From Octopus vulgaris (taxonomy: Eukaryota), in assembly GCA_951406725.2 (NCBI GenBank), contig OX597819.1:53568001-53632000 (forward strand): DNA of 64,000 nucleotides, in the 5' to 3' direction. The position numbers and the translations under genes are program-made. Of this stretch, positions 12,753-27,700 are shown piece by piece. Position 1 is the first letter of the stretch; every line of letters starts with the position of its first letter. The notes under the pieces are model-generated. The model was not told the origin of the DNA, did not search any database, and saw only the letters and a program-made list of their open reading frames with translations.

Positions 12753-15700
12753 GTGAGTTTTAAACTTTTTTAATACATTGTCAGATTGATAATTAAGCAT
12801 ATTGTAAACAGATTATAATTGTTGTTTCATTTTGGTGCATTACTGTCCCAGTGGATGGACAAGAGTGTTGTTACTTTTAATTAGTCTAGATATAAAGATA
12901 TCTCATTTGAAACCAGTTTGCCATTTTATTCTGTACATATTCAGGAATAAGACCTTTGATTACAATTGGAGATTAGACTGATCAAAACAATGTAGATGTA
13001 CAAAGGGGTGCTGAAAAGTTCCTGGCTTTGGGTAAAAGAAAATACAAGAGGATCAGTTGTTAATTATGATTTTATTCAACATATCCTCCTCTCAGATTCA
13101 CACACTTATTGCAGTGGTCCTTCAGATTTAGTAAAACCCTGTAAAAGAACTTGGAATGTTGGACCTTCAACCAGGCCTTTTGCCACACCCTTAAAGCCAG
13201 GAACTTTTCAGCACCCTCTCGTAAATGTTTAGATCTTTCATCTTTCATGTTGGGGGGTTAATAATTTGCAAAATCCTAATGGGATTAACAGTTCATTTCA
13301 GATGCTTAGATATTTGCTAAGTTTTGAGTCTTTTAGATTTTATTAAATTTCTTCAGTTTCATGTAGCATCTGTACTTTATTTTCCTAACTGCCTTGGCTC
13401 AAGAAAAGAGAATATAATTAACTAACTGACTTAGGTTTGTGGTTATTTTATATACTGTGGAGGATAATGGGTATAGTTGATTTGGTGAAATTTGTAGCTG
13501 ATTGAGGTAATGATCTAAATACTGTAAAAAAAAAAAAAACTCAGTCTGAACCAATTTCTTTAATTTTCCATGCTTGAATGTGTAAGACATTTTTCGCAAA
13601 CATTAGATCAAATGTTTTTTTTCAGCCTCCTATTAATAACTAATCAATCATAAAGTAGGCAGTTAACAGAATAATGTATCTTTCCAGGAGCATGAAAAAT
13701 ATAGGAAGGTTTTAGCTCGTAGTTGTCCAACATTTTAACACTACATTAACTATAGTTATTAGGTAAAATAGTATTTTCAGTAACAATATTTTACTTGATA
13801 TTTTGAAATAGTATTTTCTCTAATGTTATGTGTTATTTCCCTTGCCAGACTTTATTATATATCCTTACTATGATTGTATTGTATTCATAGAAAGTCTATC
13901 ATATTTATAGTATTCTTAATTGTTTCTTTTGATCTCTATTCTGATATTAATATGCAAATATATGCCAAGATCAAGTAGTTTTGTTTCATTCAATTGGCTT
14001 AAATAGGGCAAACTAACATTGGTTTGGATGAGGACTATAAAAAAAAAATTATGTGCATTAAATACAAGCAATAGTCTTTTTTTTAGTCAATAAACATCAA
14101 CTGGAATTGAAAAATAGTCACTACATTTTCAATATTGCAAGGAGTCTATATTGGAACAAATTGATTATCAGGATTACATATTTTGCAGTGACTTAGAATA
14201 AACTGAAGAATCGAGAAAATTCAGTTGTTTTTAGATTGAAAGGAGCCAATGTATTGATTAACCAGAATAAACACATTAATCCTGCATCTTCCGTTGATTT
14301 CCTTGAAATAAATATTTCAAAATATTGGATCAAACCACATTGGCTAATAGACAAAATCTAGCAGATTACTGTTCCTAAACCAAAAGATGAAATTGTAAAA
14401 TATTTGGAGTTTATAACTACTATTGCTGGTTTGTATCAGAACTTGTAGACCTAGTTGAACTTCTTGTGGTAAAAAGAAATGTCTTTATATGAGGAATGCT
14501 TAAAGAATATGCATTAATGTTAAACAAAAGAACTTACACAATACTTTATTTTGGGAACATTCTCTACCGAATGTGAAACAACTCTTACTGATGTTTCTGA
14601 ATATGCCATAGTTAGAAGATCTATAGTATTTAAGAGAAACTGGAATGATATTCAATGTGAAGCTTGTAATGTGGTAGGGAGTACTGAAAAAAAAAGTGAT
14701 TTTTAAAATTATTAATGAAATCCTTCAAGCTTGATGCTGGTCATTAGTTGTAATTCATTTTTTCAAAGGCTCTTGATGTTTTTGGGCTAGCTTTATAGTA
14801 GACTGCTGAGTGAGTTGTCATATTATCATTACAAGACAATTGCATTTTCATTCTTCATTATCATTTAATGTCTGCATGGGTTGGACAGTTTGACCAAGGA
14901 TTGGCAAGCCAGTAGGCTGCACCAAAATCACCAGCCATATGGATGCTCTTAATAGGTTAAAGTATGATTGTGATCAGTTTGGTAATATCGTCACTATCAT
15001 CATTATCATTTGACATCCATTTTCCATGCTGATATAAATTGGATGAGATGTCACAGCCTCATTCAGCTCCTATTTGGAGTTGTGGCGCTCCAAGAAAAAT
15101 CGGGGAACCTGGTTTTGCTTATGTTTCATTCTGTATGGTATTTAATGACCAGATGCTCTTCCCAATACCAACCCCTTCATACAATGTACTAGATTTATTT
15201 TATCAAGGCTTATGTCTTGGTTACTGTGCAACATTTTAGCTTGTACACTAATGTCAGACAATTTACCCTTTACTCTGAGAGTGAAACCTTTTATTGCCAG
15301 TTGAAGTAATAACTCCTCAAACTTTTCCTCATACATTTTCTTACTTTGACTACTTTGCTTTTGGTATGCTCACCCCCAATGCTAATTAGGTCAACTAGGT
15401 TGCAAAAGCTATCAGTTAGTTTGGTGAACCTTCCAGACATATGAAGGAATTTATTTCACATGTATTCTTATTGCTCACTACTTTTGCGCATCTGCCACAT
15501 AGGAAGCCTATCTTCTTTACCATCCTTTCTGTGATCCCATTATTTGTGAACTTGTGCATCCATAATTTATATTGTCTGCACTGTATGAAATTCCAACTTC
15601 CTTTTTTTTTTTTTCAGCATGTTAAACTTAGTCCAAGTCTTGTCTTTGCTACTTCTTAAAAAATTTAGACATTTCTAAATTTGAGGCTTCTTAGTTTTGC

Positions 15701-18700
15701 TTCCATATCGGGGAAAATTTTTTCAGATTTGGCTTTAGTCACTTTTGACATTATAGTGGTTTATGATGGTTCTAGTATGTTGCCATTGGGTATGACACCT
15801 TCCTGTGATACTAATCACTTACGTGATTGGTATTGCTATTTTGATCATCCTAGGAACAATCTTTGATGGTGCAGTAACCGTCCCTGTTTTCATATCTTTA
15901 CTTGCACTTGTGATCATATTGCTGTCAACATTTCTGACTGGTCCTTCTGTTGGGTCTACTTGAGGTAGCCTTCTCTTCCAGTTAGTTTCTTCATTCAACA
16001 GTCTTTCATAAACGTAGCCATGCCACTTTTTGAAATGCAATTCATTGTGTTTGATTATATTGTGAGTTTTCTCTTGTAAATCAATTTTTGTGAACCCACA
16101 GATAGATAAAAAATTCATGTTTATGAATATGAGTTCTATCATGAAACCAGTGCATCCCAGACAGCTTGAAACATCAATGAGGTGTTTGGTGAAGATGTGG
16201 CAAATGAGCGCACTGTACGCTGATGATTTGAAAAGTTCCAGTTTGGTGACTTTACTCTTGAAAATCAGCCCTATGGTAGACCTGTGACCAAGGTGGATAA
16301 CGATGAGCTGGAAACTATAGTGGAAGCAGATACATCTCAAATTACGTATGAATTAGCAGCAAGGTTTGATGTTTCGATTCCAACTGTATTGGACATCTAA
16401 AACAAATTGGCAAGGTAAAGAAGCTGGATGGGTGAACTGAATAAGCATCAAATAACACATCTTGAAATTTCCTGTTCTTTGCTGTCATGGCATAAAAGCG
16501 AACCATTTTTGCATTGCATTATATTTATGAAAAATGGATTCTTTTCAACAATAACAAGCGTTCTGCACAGTAGTTCGATAGAGATAATATGCCAAAACAC
16601 AATCCCAAAAAGAATATTCACCAAAAAAAGCTAATGGTGTCTGTTTGGTGGTCCAGTGCTGGTGTCATCCATTACATCTTCATGAGACCTGGTAAGTCAA
16701 TTACAACAGATGTATACATCAACCAATTGGATGAAATGATGAGTGAACTTGCAATTAAGCAACTGAGATTGGTCAACAGAGACAGGCCAATTCTCTTGCA
16801 AGACAATGCTTGACCACATATTGCACAAAGAATGCTGCTCAAGTTACAGGAACTGAACTTGGAAGTACTCTGTCATCCACCATATTCACCAGATCTTGCA
16901 CCAATTGACTATCACATTTTCCAGGCATTAGACAACTTTTTGCAAGGCAAAAACTTCAAATCTGAAGATGCAAAAATAGCCTTTTGTGATTTCATCACCT
17001 CTTGCTCTCCAGAATTCTTTGCTGCTGGCATAAATAAGCTACTGATAAAATGACAAAATTGTGTTGATAATTTAGGTGCATACATTGATTAACTGCATTG
17101 TTTTTTGTTGAGATAAAGTAAAATAAACTTTTAGTTCAAAATCAGACATTTCATTCTTAATGACCTGATATTTGCAACCATCTGTCTGTCTCATCATTTC
17201 CTTGGGAACTTGAAGTCTTTCTGTCCTGTGTGTTCACCTAATTGGTAGCTGATCAGGCTGCCCCAGGAGCCTTGATCTCTCCTCATTCCTTATACTATAT
17301 TGATCTCTTCCATGTAAGCAGGAGAAACTAACATGGTGTTGCCTCATATGTGTTCTAAAACTACCATCTGCTAATCTGCAGGATCATAAACACAGGATTT
17401 CTCTTCATCTGCCAGCCTTGATGAAAGTTAACGTCATATTGTCATGACAGCAACTTTCATCTCATTCTGTCATGTTGTCCTGATTAGCTTAAACTTAATT
17501 AATCTATTGCACATTCTGTCTTCCTCAGTTACCTTATCTATTCAACTCTCTTCTAATGATATACCTCCATTACTGATACCCACGAGAATTTATACCTATG
17601 CTCTTTGCCTTTGAGGAGTCTAGCTGAGGCTCTCTTCCATCTTGTCTCTTGTATACAGCACACATCTACCTACCTCACCTCTGATCCAGCATCTCTATGA
17701 TCTCACCTGACCTTCAGTTTATTTTTGCTGATGTTCAAAAAGTTGAAGTTATCAGCTTTTATTTTAACACCTATAACCTTCATATTCACTTAAAGAATCA
17801 CATTCCTGGAAAAGACTAGTGTAAACTAACTCCTTTTAGAATGTCAGTTTGTCAGACATTCTTCTGAAATGATTGTAGATGATGATCTTATCTTAAATAA
17901 GATTATTATTATTCCTGAGCTTTATGCAAAAGTTCTTTTCACAACTTATCACACATTTGGATGTATAGCAAACATTAAAGAAAGCAAGGGCTTGTGTTTG
18001 GAGGTCTAATCTTGATAATATAGATAATGACTAATTTGTGAAATGTGCTCTAAAATCAGATTCCAAGGCATTACTTGTACTAATAAGTGGCTTGGATCTC
18101 AGCTGGAAAGATTACATAGATACGGTTCTATCACTTAAATCAAAGCCTTTTTATGTTCCAGATCAATTGAAAAACAAGGAAATGTTTATTTCTCATTTTC
18201 TCTAAACTTGGCATTCCATTGACTACAGTCTCAGACAATGGACCAGAATTCATTCAATTAAAGGTATGATTAAATTGGCTTGGTTGCAAGAAAATTGAAA
18301 GTCCTTCCTATAGTATTGTTTTTCAATTGATCTCCTCCTGAAACATAAAAAGGCTTTGATTTGATTGATAGAATCCTATCTGTGTAATCTTTTCCAGCTG
18401 AGATTCAGGTCACTTATTGGTACAAGTGATGCCATTTAATAGTGCAGCAGTAAGAATTCTGCAGCCAATCGAATCTGCATTAAAAGTTTACAGTTCATCA
18501 ATAGGAAATTTGATGAGTGTTTGCCAAAAGTTCTTTTCAACCACCACTGTTCCTCTGAGGTATGCAGGTTATCTACAGCTGAGAAATTACTGGACTGATA
18601 ATTGAGTTGCAGTAAATCTTTTTCATGAGGTTGGATACATGCTTCATTACCTGAACAATATAATGAAATTTCCTGCATATGCATGTTATCGGATTCCTGC

Positions 18701-21700
18701 TGACAAGAGCACAGCTTGAATTAAAACATGAAAATGAAAAAGCTCAGCATAATTTCAATCACTTACCTTCTAATTAATTATCCATCTTCAAGCAATTCTG
18801 CTCATCATGAACTGACATTACTAATTATACAATTTCCTGTAGGGTTGCTACTTAATTGTATGATCTCCTGTATTAATGTTTATGACAAGTAAACATTGTG
18901 AATTTCTCTTACTACTGCCAATATTCAATCTTCAATACTTTCCATACTGCCAACACTTCTAAATCATGTTAATCCTTACAGAAACTAAATAGGATAGTAC
19001 AATATCATGACATAAGAGCTATAGAATCACAAAGGGAATTCTGAAGCTGCAGATGTGATTTAATCTTTTGCTGCTGGAGCAATATTATACTTATAGTATT
19101 CTAGAAAGGATCATCATTATTTTTGTTATTGACATCATCATCACCATTAAGACTGCTTTCCATGCTAGTATGTGTTAGAGGACCATATGTTACTCGTGCA
19201 TTTCTTCTTTGGCATGGTTTTTAACCATTGGATGGCTTTTTTAAAGCAAATCACTTTACTGAGAGTATTTGCTGTATTTTATAATGATATCACCATAAGA
19301 GAAGTTGTTATGTCCTTAACATGTCCACAGAGTATGTTTGGCCACATGTTGTTTCTGCTCATTTGATAACCACTTTACCATGTATTGGGCACATTTTATT
19401 GTGGTGAAGTCTATTACTCGACATGTCTGATCACTCAAAGTCATGTGACCAAGAGAGCATATAGTAGATAGAGCTATGACAGAAGAAAAACTAGGATTGG
19501 TGGAACATGGGAACGAGTATATTTGAAGAAATAGTGAAAAGAGTCAGGAAGGTAAAGTGATAGAGTGATAGATAGTAATGGAAGTGGACAGTGGTGAGAG
19601 AGAGTAATGGATGTCAGTGATGACTGGTAATACACAAAGGGTGATGATAGTGTTTCAGTAAAAACTGATTGTATGCAATCACTTATATATACCTAAGCCT
19701 TGTGATGAGCAAAAGAGGTAGAGTGATAAGAACAGTAGTAATGGGTGATTGAATACAAGTAGGTTCAATGCTGTACCTCATTACATGAGTAGCATAGCCC
19801 AATGAATAGATAGAGGGTGATTGTCTCAGAGATGAGAGGGTCATATATGTCAAGTGATGTCGATAGCTACATGGTTAACATGGTATAATGAATAGGAGAG
19901 GTTGATTGTTACTCTTAATTCCATATGAAGCATGAAAAATGTGTGATACTATATGACTGTGAATTGTGGGAGGTAGATGTCTAGGATCTGCAACTATTTA
20001 AGAGGAAAACTTTGTGTATGGCCAGTTGGATATACAAAGTTAATTCATAAGAAAGGTTATAAATATGCATGTTAAGAAAGTAAAACCTCTCTATTCTATC
20101 TGATTTACTAACACATCCTACTTTGCCAGATATTTCCAACATCTCGATAGCTCCCAAGTTGATACTCCAGCTGCTGTGAACATCCTTTATGATTCTTTGG
20201 ATAATTCAGCTGTCAACCTCAACTCCTGGTCTCCTGCTGAGTTTGCTTGGAATAATCTTTCTCTCTCCCACACATTCTTGTTCGGTAACCTCTCCCAGAC
20301 ATATTTCTCTAGCTCTTTCTAATCAGTGAGGGCAAGTGCATCTATATCATGTTCCATATACACTTTTCACTAATAACCTCCCACTTACACCCTCCTTTGT
20401 ACTCTGAAACATTGCACATCCGTGATTGTTACAGCACAGAATTTAAGAAAATATAAGAAAACTTCTTTGAAAACATAATTAACATATTTATTATTCTGGG
20501 CAGAAAAGTATGAATGTTACTAATTAGCAGACCCAGCTTATGAGATTGGTGCTGAGGACTTTTGTTGTGAGATCAATCAGTCTGATTCCATAACTGTAGA
20601 ATGATGTATCTCACATAACTGTAGAATGATGTATCTCAGACATGAAATGGCAGAGAATATAGACAGACACATGAATGAGTTGATAAATTGAAGATACAAG
20701 GATTGGACAAAATAATGGAAACACCTTAAAATTTCAAACAAATTTATTTTAATATAGTGTAGGACCACCTTTGGCAGTAATTACAGCTTGAATTCTACGA
20801 GGTATGGATTGGTACAAAGTTTGAATTGTTTCCAAAGGAATTTTTGTCTATTCTTTGGTTAAAACAGTCTCCAGTTCTTGTAGTGATGATGATGGAGGAT
20901 ATCAACTCCTTACTTTTTTTTCTAAAATGCACCATAAATATTCAATAATTTTGAGATCTGGGGACTGTGGTGGCCAGATAAGATGTTCAACTTCACTAGA
21001 ATGTTCCTTGTGCCATTCAGTAACAACTTTAGCTGTATGAATTGATGCATTATCATCCTGAAAGATTGCGTTTCCCTCCAGAAACAGTTCTGCAACCATA
21101 GGATGAATTTGATCAGACAAAATGCTTAAATAATCGTTACTATTAATTCTGCCATGAAGGGAAACCATTGGGCTGGTGGATTTCCTAGATATACCCCCCC
21201 CCCCCCAAGATCATCACAGATCCTCCTCTGTGTTTAACAGTTGGTAGAAGGCAGTCTGGGTCAAATGCTTCTTTTGGCTGTCTCCACACAGATATTCAGC
21301 CAGTAGTTGGAAATGAGGTAAAGGATGACTCGTCCGAGAAAATAACATTCTTCCACTGCTCTAGGGACCAATTTTGTAGGTTTTCACTCCACTCTAAATG
21401 CTTTACAATGTTTGTTTTTGAAAGTAGTGGTTTTCTGATTGCAGCTCTCCTGTGAAATCTGGCTTTGTGCAGCTTCCAGCGAACAGTTTTTGTGGAAACT
21501 GGGTTCTTGAGGTGGTCATTAAGCTCTGCAGTAATTTTGGGAGCTGTACTTTTGTGATCCTTTCTCTAACAATTTGCGTAATAGTCCAACAATCCCTATC
21601 TGAAAGCTTTGGTTTTCTTCTGGAGTTTTGTTTCAACAAGGAGGTTTTTCCCTCTTTCTCAAAGGCTGTCATTACTTTTGAGACAGTACTTCTTGATACA

Positions 21701-24700
21701 TCAAATATTTTGGCTGTTTTCGTTACGCTAGCGCCTGCCATATGAGCACCATCAATTTGACCTCTTTGAAAGTCCGATAGATCTGTCATTTTAATGAATT
21801 TCAATTACCTTTTTCTTATGATATCTGAAAAGAAACAGCAATTTTAGCAAAACATATTAAGCAATGCTAATAATAAATAAAAAAACATAAAAATAAATAA
21901 GCTTTCGACAGTTTTATAGATATTTCAAAATTATAATGCTATGAGGCTAGGTGTTTCCATTACTTTGTCCAACCCCTCATATTTTGTTTGTTTTAGGTCT
22001 GTTTTCTTGTGTTAACATGGGTTTGACTAATATGTTACTAACCCATTGTTTTACCGCCTGTTGTTTTCCTGCAAAGGATCTGTTATTTCTCCTGACTTTG
22101 AAAGCAAGAAACAAGTAAACAGTGACAGGATGCATATGTGGTTTTAGAAGAAAGAAAGAAGTGGCAGATGTAAACACACACATATGCAAACACACGCATA
22201 TATAGTGTACTGTTTCATTAACAGTAAGATCAACATAAATACAACTTCATCCACTGAGAGATAAATATCAGTTGATAAATACAGGATTTAAATGGCATCA
22301 ACAACAACACTGAACACCTTTTTGATCTCCATGTGTCTAACACACGTGGACATGCCTACAAAGTCAGAAAACAATACAGCTCCCATGACTTTCGGAAACA
22401 TTTTTTCACGCTCAGAGTTGCTGAAGCATGGAATAAACTGCCTGCGTCAGTTGTTGACTGCCATGACACTGCATCTTTTAAGGCCCTCATGCTTTCCGAA
22501 ATCCGCCGAAACTTCACCTGATTATATATACACTTTAGATGAGTTGTAGTGCACCTGAGCACTGTACACAATTATTATTATTATTATTATTATTATTATA
22601 CTCTCCAAGCCTGTCCAGCTTGAACATGAAATTAAGAGTAGCTCACATTTAAATCTTATTTAATAAATTTGTGTGTGTGTGTGTGATGAGCTTCTTTTTC
22701 AGTTTCTCTCTACCAAATCCATTTACAAGGCTTTGGTCTGTCCAGGGCTATAGTAGTGGAAAACATTTGCCCTAGGTGTCAGTGGGACCAAGTAAAAGAG
22801 ATATTAAGTGAATAATGTGTGGTTGCTGCATGGTTGTTTTCCAATCTCTTCCGCTCTAAGCAGCAGTATTCTCATCAACTTGTGGGCATAGATGCAAAGA
22901 AGAAACTACGTACCTTCTGTAGAAGCTAGGTATTCTTTAAGGAAAGTTATCAGCCTGACTGTAAAAAAGAAGCGGGTACTCATTCCTAAAATGTGCTTTT
23001 TTTTAAAATCAAATTTAAATTGTAATTATTTTAATTTATGTCAAACATTGGCAACAAGCATTAAAATATAGGAGTGTAGATAGTTCTTCCTCAACATTTT
23101 ATTACTTTGGCTGAATTTTAATATTCAGCAACAAAGTCTATTTAGTCACTTTCATTACTGGCCTTTATGGATTTTTACAGATTAAAACAAAACAGGTAAA
23201 TTAGATTTTCTTTTCATAGTTCATGAGTAAAATTTTCTCTGACACTGGAGTCTCTTTTGTACTAGTTCTGCAATCCTTCATCTCTCTCTCTTTTTTATTA
23301 TTAATTTAATAACTTAAAAAGAAAAAAAAATCCTTCAATGACTTTAAATAATTCAGGTTAGATAGGCTATTTGTTTGAAGAACTATAGATTATTATTCTA
23401 AATACTGTTTAGAGCAGTGGTTCTTAACCCTTTTTTTTTACTGCACACCTCTCCATCCTCTTTTATGTAATTGTTATGCTAAGCGCCTGCCTAAGTGGTG
23501 AGTGAAGTATCATGACTAAACTAACTTAACATGGATGATAATTTATAAATTTTACACTTAAAAATGGATTTTAGAAGCTTTCAAAAAGTGAAATGATGAA
23601 TTAATGAAGACAAAAATTTACTTTATGCATTGCAAGATAATGACTTACCTGTATCTGATGGGATCATTTTATTTTAATAGCCGTTACTAGTTTTATCATA
23701 TATATAATATAATTACTTCTATAGGTAAAATTCAGTATGTTAATTATGTTACCTCACCACCTTGTCACCACCCCATAAAGCCTAGCAACCTCTTTGATAA
23801 GTCCCTTTGAGGGTAGTACTGCCTATGTTGAGAACCTCTGGTTTAAAGTAACACTAAATCAAAACTTTTGACATATTTTTAATAATTATTTAATTGGTAA
23901 ATTGATATTGTACTGATTTTCTTTTACACTAATTTCTTACACATGAAATTTATATCAGTTTAGAAATGGGAAGTTGTGATGCTTGTGTCTTTCTGAGAAA
24001 TATGTCAGCATAAAGGAAGTGAAGTGGTATGACTGGGAATCTAAACTGGGTCATGGACTCAGCTCCTTAGGGACTTAGCTCTACTGTACAGTACTTGCCA
24101 TAGTCTTTGATCACACCACAATAAAAAAAGTGCTATTTTTTTTATTCGAAAAACATAACTAATGTTAGACTGAGAAACTGAGTGAATGTTAAAATTTACA
24201 TAGCTTTGCCATCATTGTACTCCAGTGCCTGTATGATGCAGTTCTTGGACCCATCAGATCCTGTCAAACCATCCATTTCGTGTCTGCATGGAACATGGAT
24301 GTTTAAAGATGATGATGATGATGATTGTAGAAATTTAAAAGACAATTATTCAGCACTCTTGTAAAGTTTGAACTAGTGGTTCCTAAATAGTTTGGTGCCA
24401 CGAACTCAATACCAGTGCCTTTTAGGTTCATGCTATTAAAATCATCCAGAATAATATTTTATATGAAGATAATTTCACAATGAATTAGAAACCAGTGGAA
24501 ATTTCTTAAAAAAAGATTGATGCATGTACTTGCCTCTGCTCTACCATCTCCAAAATATCTCCAGACTTATCTTTCTTTATGCCATTGTTAAACGATAAGT
24601 CTGTTAACCAATGTTAATAGTGCCAGCCTTAAAGACTTATGCTTGAAAGAAAGGGAAGAGTTTTTATTAGCGATGGTGATAGGTAGATTGGTTTATAGTC

Positions 24701-27700
24701 ATCTTTCAGATACAGTAAGATAGATGTAAAGCAATTTACATGACCACCACCACTGGAAACATTCCTTTCAGGTGCAAAACTTGAAGGCTGTCAATGTTAA
24801 TATTGGTGTGATGAAAGGAGTTCTGGAGAGATTGCAGAAATATTAGAGTACATGCAATTAAATGTGTGCTATGATGACAAAATATATATAAAAAAAGGGA
24901 GAAATGAAAAGGAGCCAGTGTTAAGAGTTCTGATGAGCAATGAACACTGTTGATGCAAATTCTTTTGTGTAGATAACAGCACTGGAGTAGGTAGAGTAGG
25001 CATCTGATGACAGAGAAATTGTGGTAGTTAGAGAATATGTGACAGAATAATTAAACTTAGGCCTATCACAGATGACATGACAGCGACAGTGATTTTGTGT
25101 ATGTTCCACTATCAGGAATGACAGACGAGTAAAAAGTGCATATATATGTGGCTCTCTTCTAAGACTACCTCAGTAACAGATGACATCAATCTTGTTATAA
25201 GGGTTAGTAACTTCAATAAACTTGTTGGGCAATAACATACTCTGCTATATGTGGAGACCAAGTACAAGGAATGAAAAGAGATCAAGGCTCATGGAGTCCT
25301 GTGAAGCAAATATCTTAAATATTTGCAACACAATTGTCATAAATCCAGACAGCCACTTGAGCATGTGAGCCAAGTGGACTTTATACTCACTAGGCATGAG
25401 ATAGAGTGTTTAGTGAATATTATGTCGTTCTCTGCTAAAGAATGTACTATTCAACATAGATTAATGACCTCAGGATAAGGAAGGGCTGGACAGACTCAAA
25501 GACAAACAAGGGAAGAAAGGTATGGAAGCTGAAAGATCCCTCTATTATATGTAACATTTTGGGAGCATTATGTGATGCCTGTGAAATGAAAAAAGGGAAT
25601 TGATAGGCTTCCATTAGTGGATGGAAAAAGACTCCCAGAAAGAAGTGATTCACGGACTGAGATTGGATAAGACACGAGTTGCAGGTATCCCTAACAAGGA
25701 GAGAAATTGAAATTACAAGATGTGTTATGTTGATCAGAGGCATGAGGTGTTCCAGAGTGTGAGGCACTGTACTTGCATGAATCGGAACATAACCAAATTG
25801 AAAATGAAAAGAGTGGCACTGTGCTGGAGATGACCTATCCAGTCCAAGCTGGCATTGGGATGGGGGTAAAATGATGATGATGAAAATTCTTCCATCCCAT
25901 TCCAGGGATTGGCACCAGCTTCAGATTGTTTCTGCGTATTATTATTCAATTTATTCAATATTTTGCAAATAATATTTTTAAAATGGACCAAAATGGATGA
26001 AAGAAATTGTAAAGGAAAATTAGAAAAATAAAGTAGTAATAAGAGAAGTAATAAGAGAAGATATGTAAAGGTTTCTTTTCAAATATACATTGGTATAAGG
26101 GTTGGGGAAGAGTATGCATAGTTGATTACATTGATGCTAGTACTTGGCAAGACTGAAAAGGAAAGTTAATCTCAGCAAGATTTGAAGTAATAACATACAG
26201 GATGTAACTGAAAAGTGCACTTTTGTTTTTTTTTGTTTTTTTTTTTTGCACTTCTAACAGTTCTGTCTCCTCATCATGGCCATGAAATATAATTTGTGTT
26301 AATTAACCCTTTTCTTACCATATTTCTGTTGAGAGATGCTCTGTGTTTCTTTCAGTTAAGATTAAATATAACAAAGAATTTCGTAAAATCACTTAGTTAT
26401 CATTCAGCTAGTGTTAGGAACATAAATTGTGACTAAGGTTTGGTGGAAGATTTTAATTCAGAACTCATGAAATCAAGACATTTGTACTTCAGCCGGGCTG
26501 GTATCAAAAGGGTTAAATCTAGATAAGGTCAAGCATTACTAAAAGTTGGGAAATAATAAATCCCTTAAAAAAAAATTTTTTTTATGGTTTTGTTAGATGA
26601 AGTAGAGAAGCACATGGCTTCTTTTTCAGGATTTTTGAGACTTCAGGGAGGAAGGATGATATCTTCCAGTTGGGGTTGTGGCCCAAATAATTGCAGCAGA
26701 GTGGACTCTGCTACAGTTACCCAGGGGCCAAAATGGTGGTGGTAGTTGATGCTTTATATCTGCCACTCTAATTTTTTAGAATGCTAATTCTATTAGTAAG
26801 AATACAAGGGAGCAGATTAGTATGTGAACCACTTGGCAATTTACTTGCTACATAACATTGTACTCTTGGACTGTAAGTTTGATCCTTATTACTTATCTGA
26901 AGGTATATCTTGAAAACAGATATTTAAATGTCCCCATAGGGTGTGAGTCTCTGTGCATGTATTTGTATGCGTTTTCATGTGTAAGTACAGGCATTTTCTA
27001 AACAATAACTTTTGAGAGTCAAATGAAAAGTGCAAGAAACTTGATATATTAAAGATAACAAAAAAAAAAATGGTAGGAAATTATTACAAAAAACAAACAG
27101 AAAAAAACCATTTTAATTGCACCACCATTTTTTTTCTAATGTTAATTCCATACTGGTGAATGATGTTTGTATAATACTGTGTGAACAACTTTAATCCACA
27201 TATGGTCTTTGCAGATGTGTATGTATACAGTACATATAACAATTTTTTTCATGTTTCCACAACTAGGGTTGTTTATGTTTTGCAAATTCTACACTCATAT
27301 GCATGCATGTGTGTTCGTATACATATATATGTACGTATGTGTGTGTGTGTGTGTATGTATTGAGACAGTTTTCTAACACTATCTACTCAGCTGTGAATAG
27401 AATATTGCACTTAAATTTTAGTTTGGCAGACTGAAAGAAGTGGGAGTAATGTGCCAACAGCATACATAATAGTCTGCCTAATAAGTAGACTAATAATGTG
27501 TGGTATTTATGTGTGTGTGCTTATACTGGGGCATCAATATGTCTTTGTATCCTAGAATATCATGTGTGTTTGTGTGTAATATATATATATATAGATATAT
27601 ATATATATATATATATATATGAATATTGCAAGCTTTGTGGTGTTTATTTTCTGCTTGCCACTTTGTAACATAATATGTGCTATATAAAGCATTGTATGGC

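Noticed and set aside
16090-17053. SETMAR-like host gene
   Set aside because: No SET domain, multiple stops and frameshifts, TIR present: a dead mariner.
18320-19000. Possible antisense non-LTR retroelement remnant
   Set aside because: Only a faint LY-PR-GG-like motif; too degraded to call.
20589-20638. 25-bp perfect tandem duplication (similar short ones at ~49083, ~55970, ~63537)
   Set aside because: Ordinary slippage duplications with no further structure.
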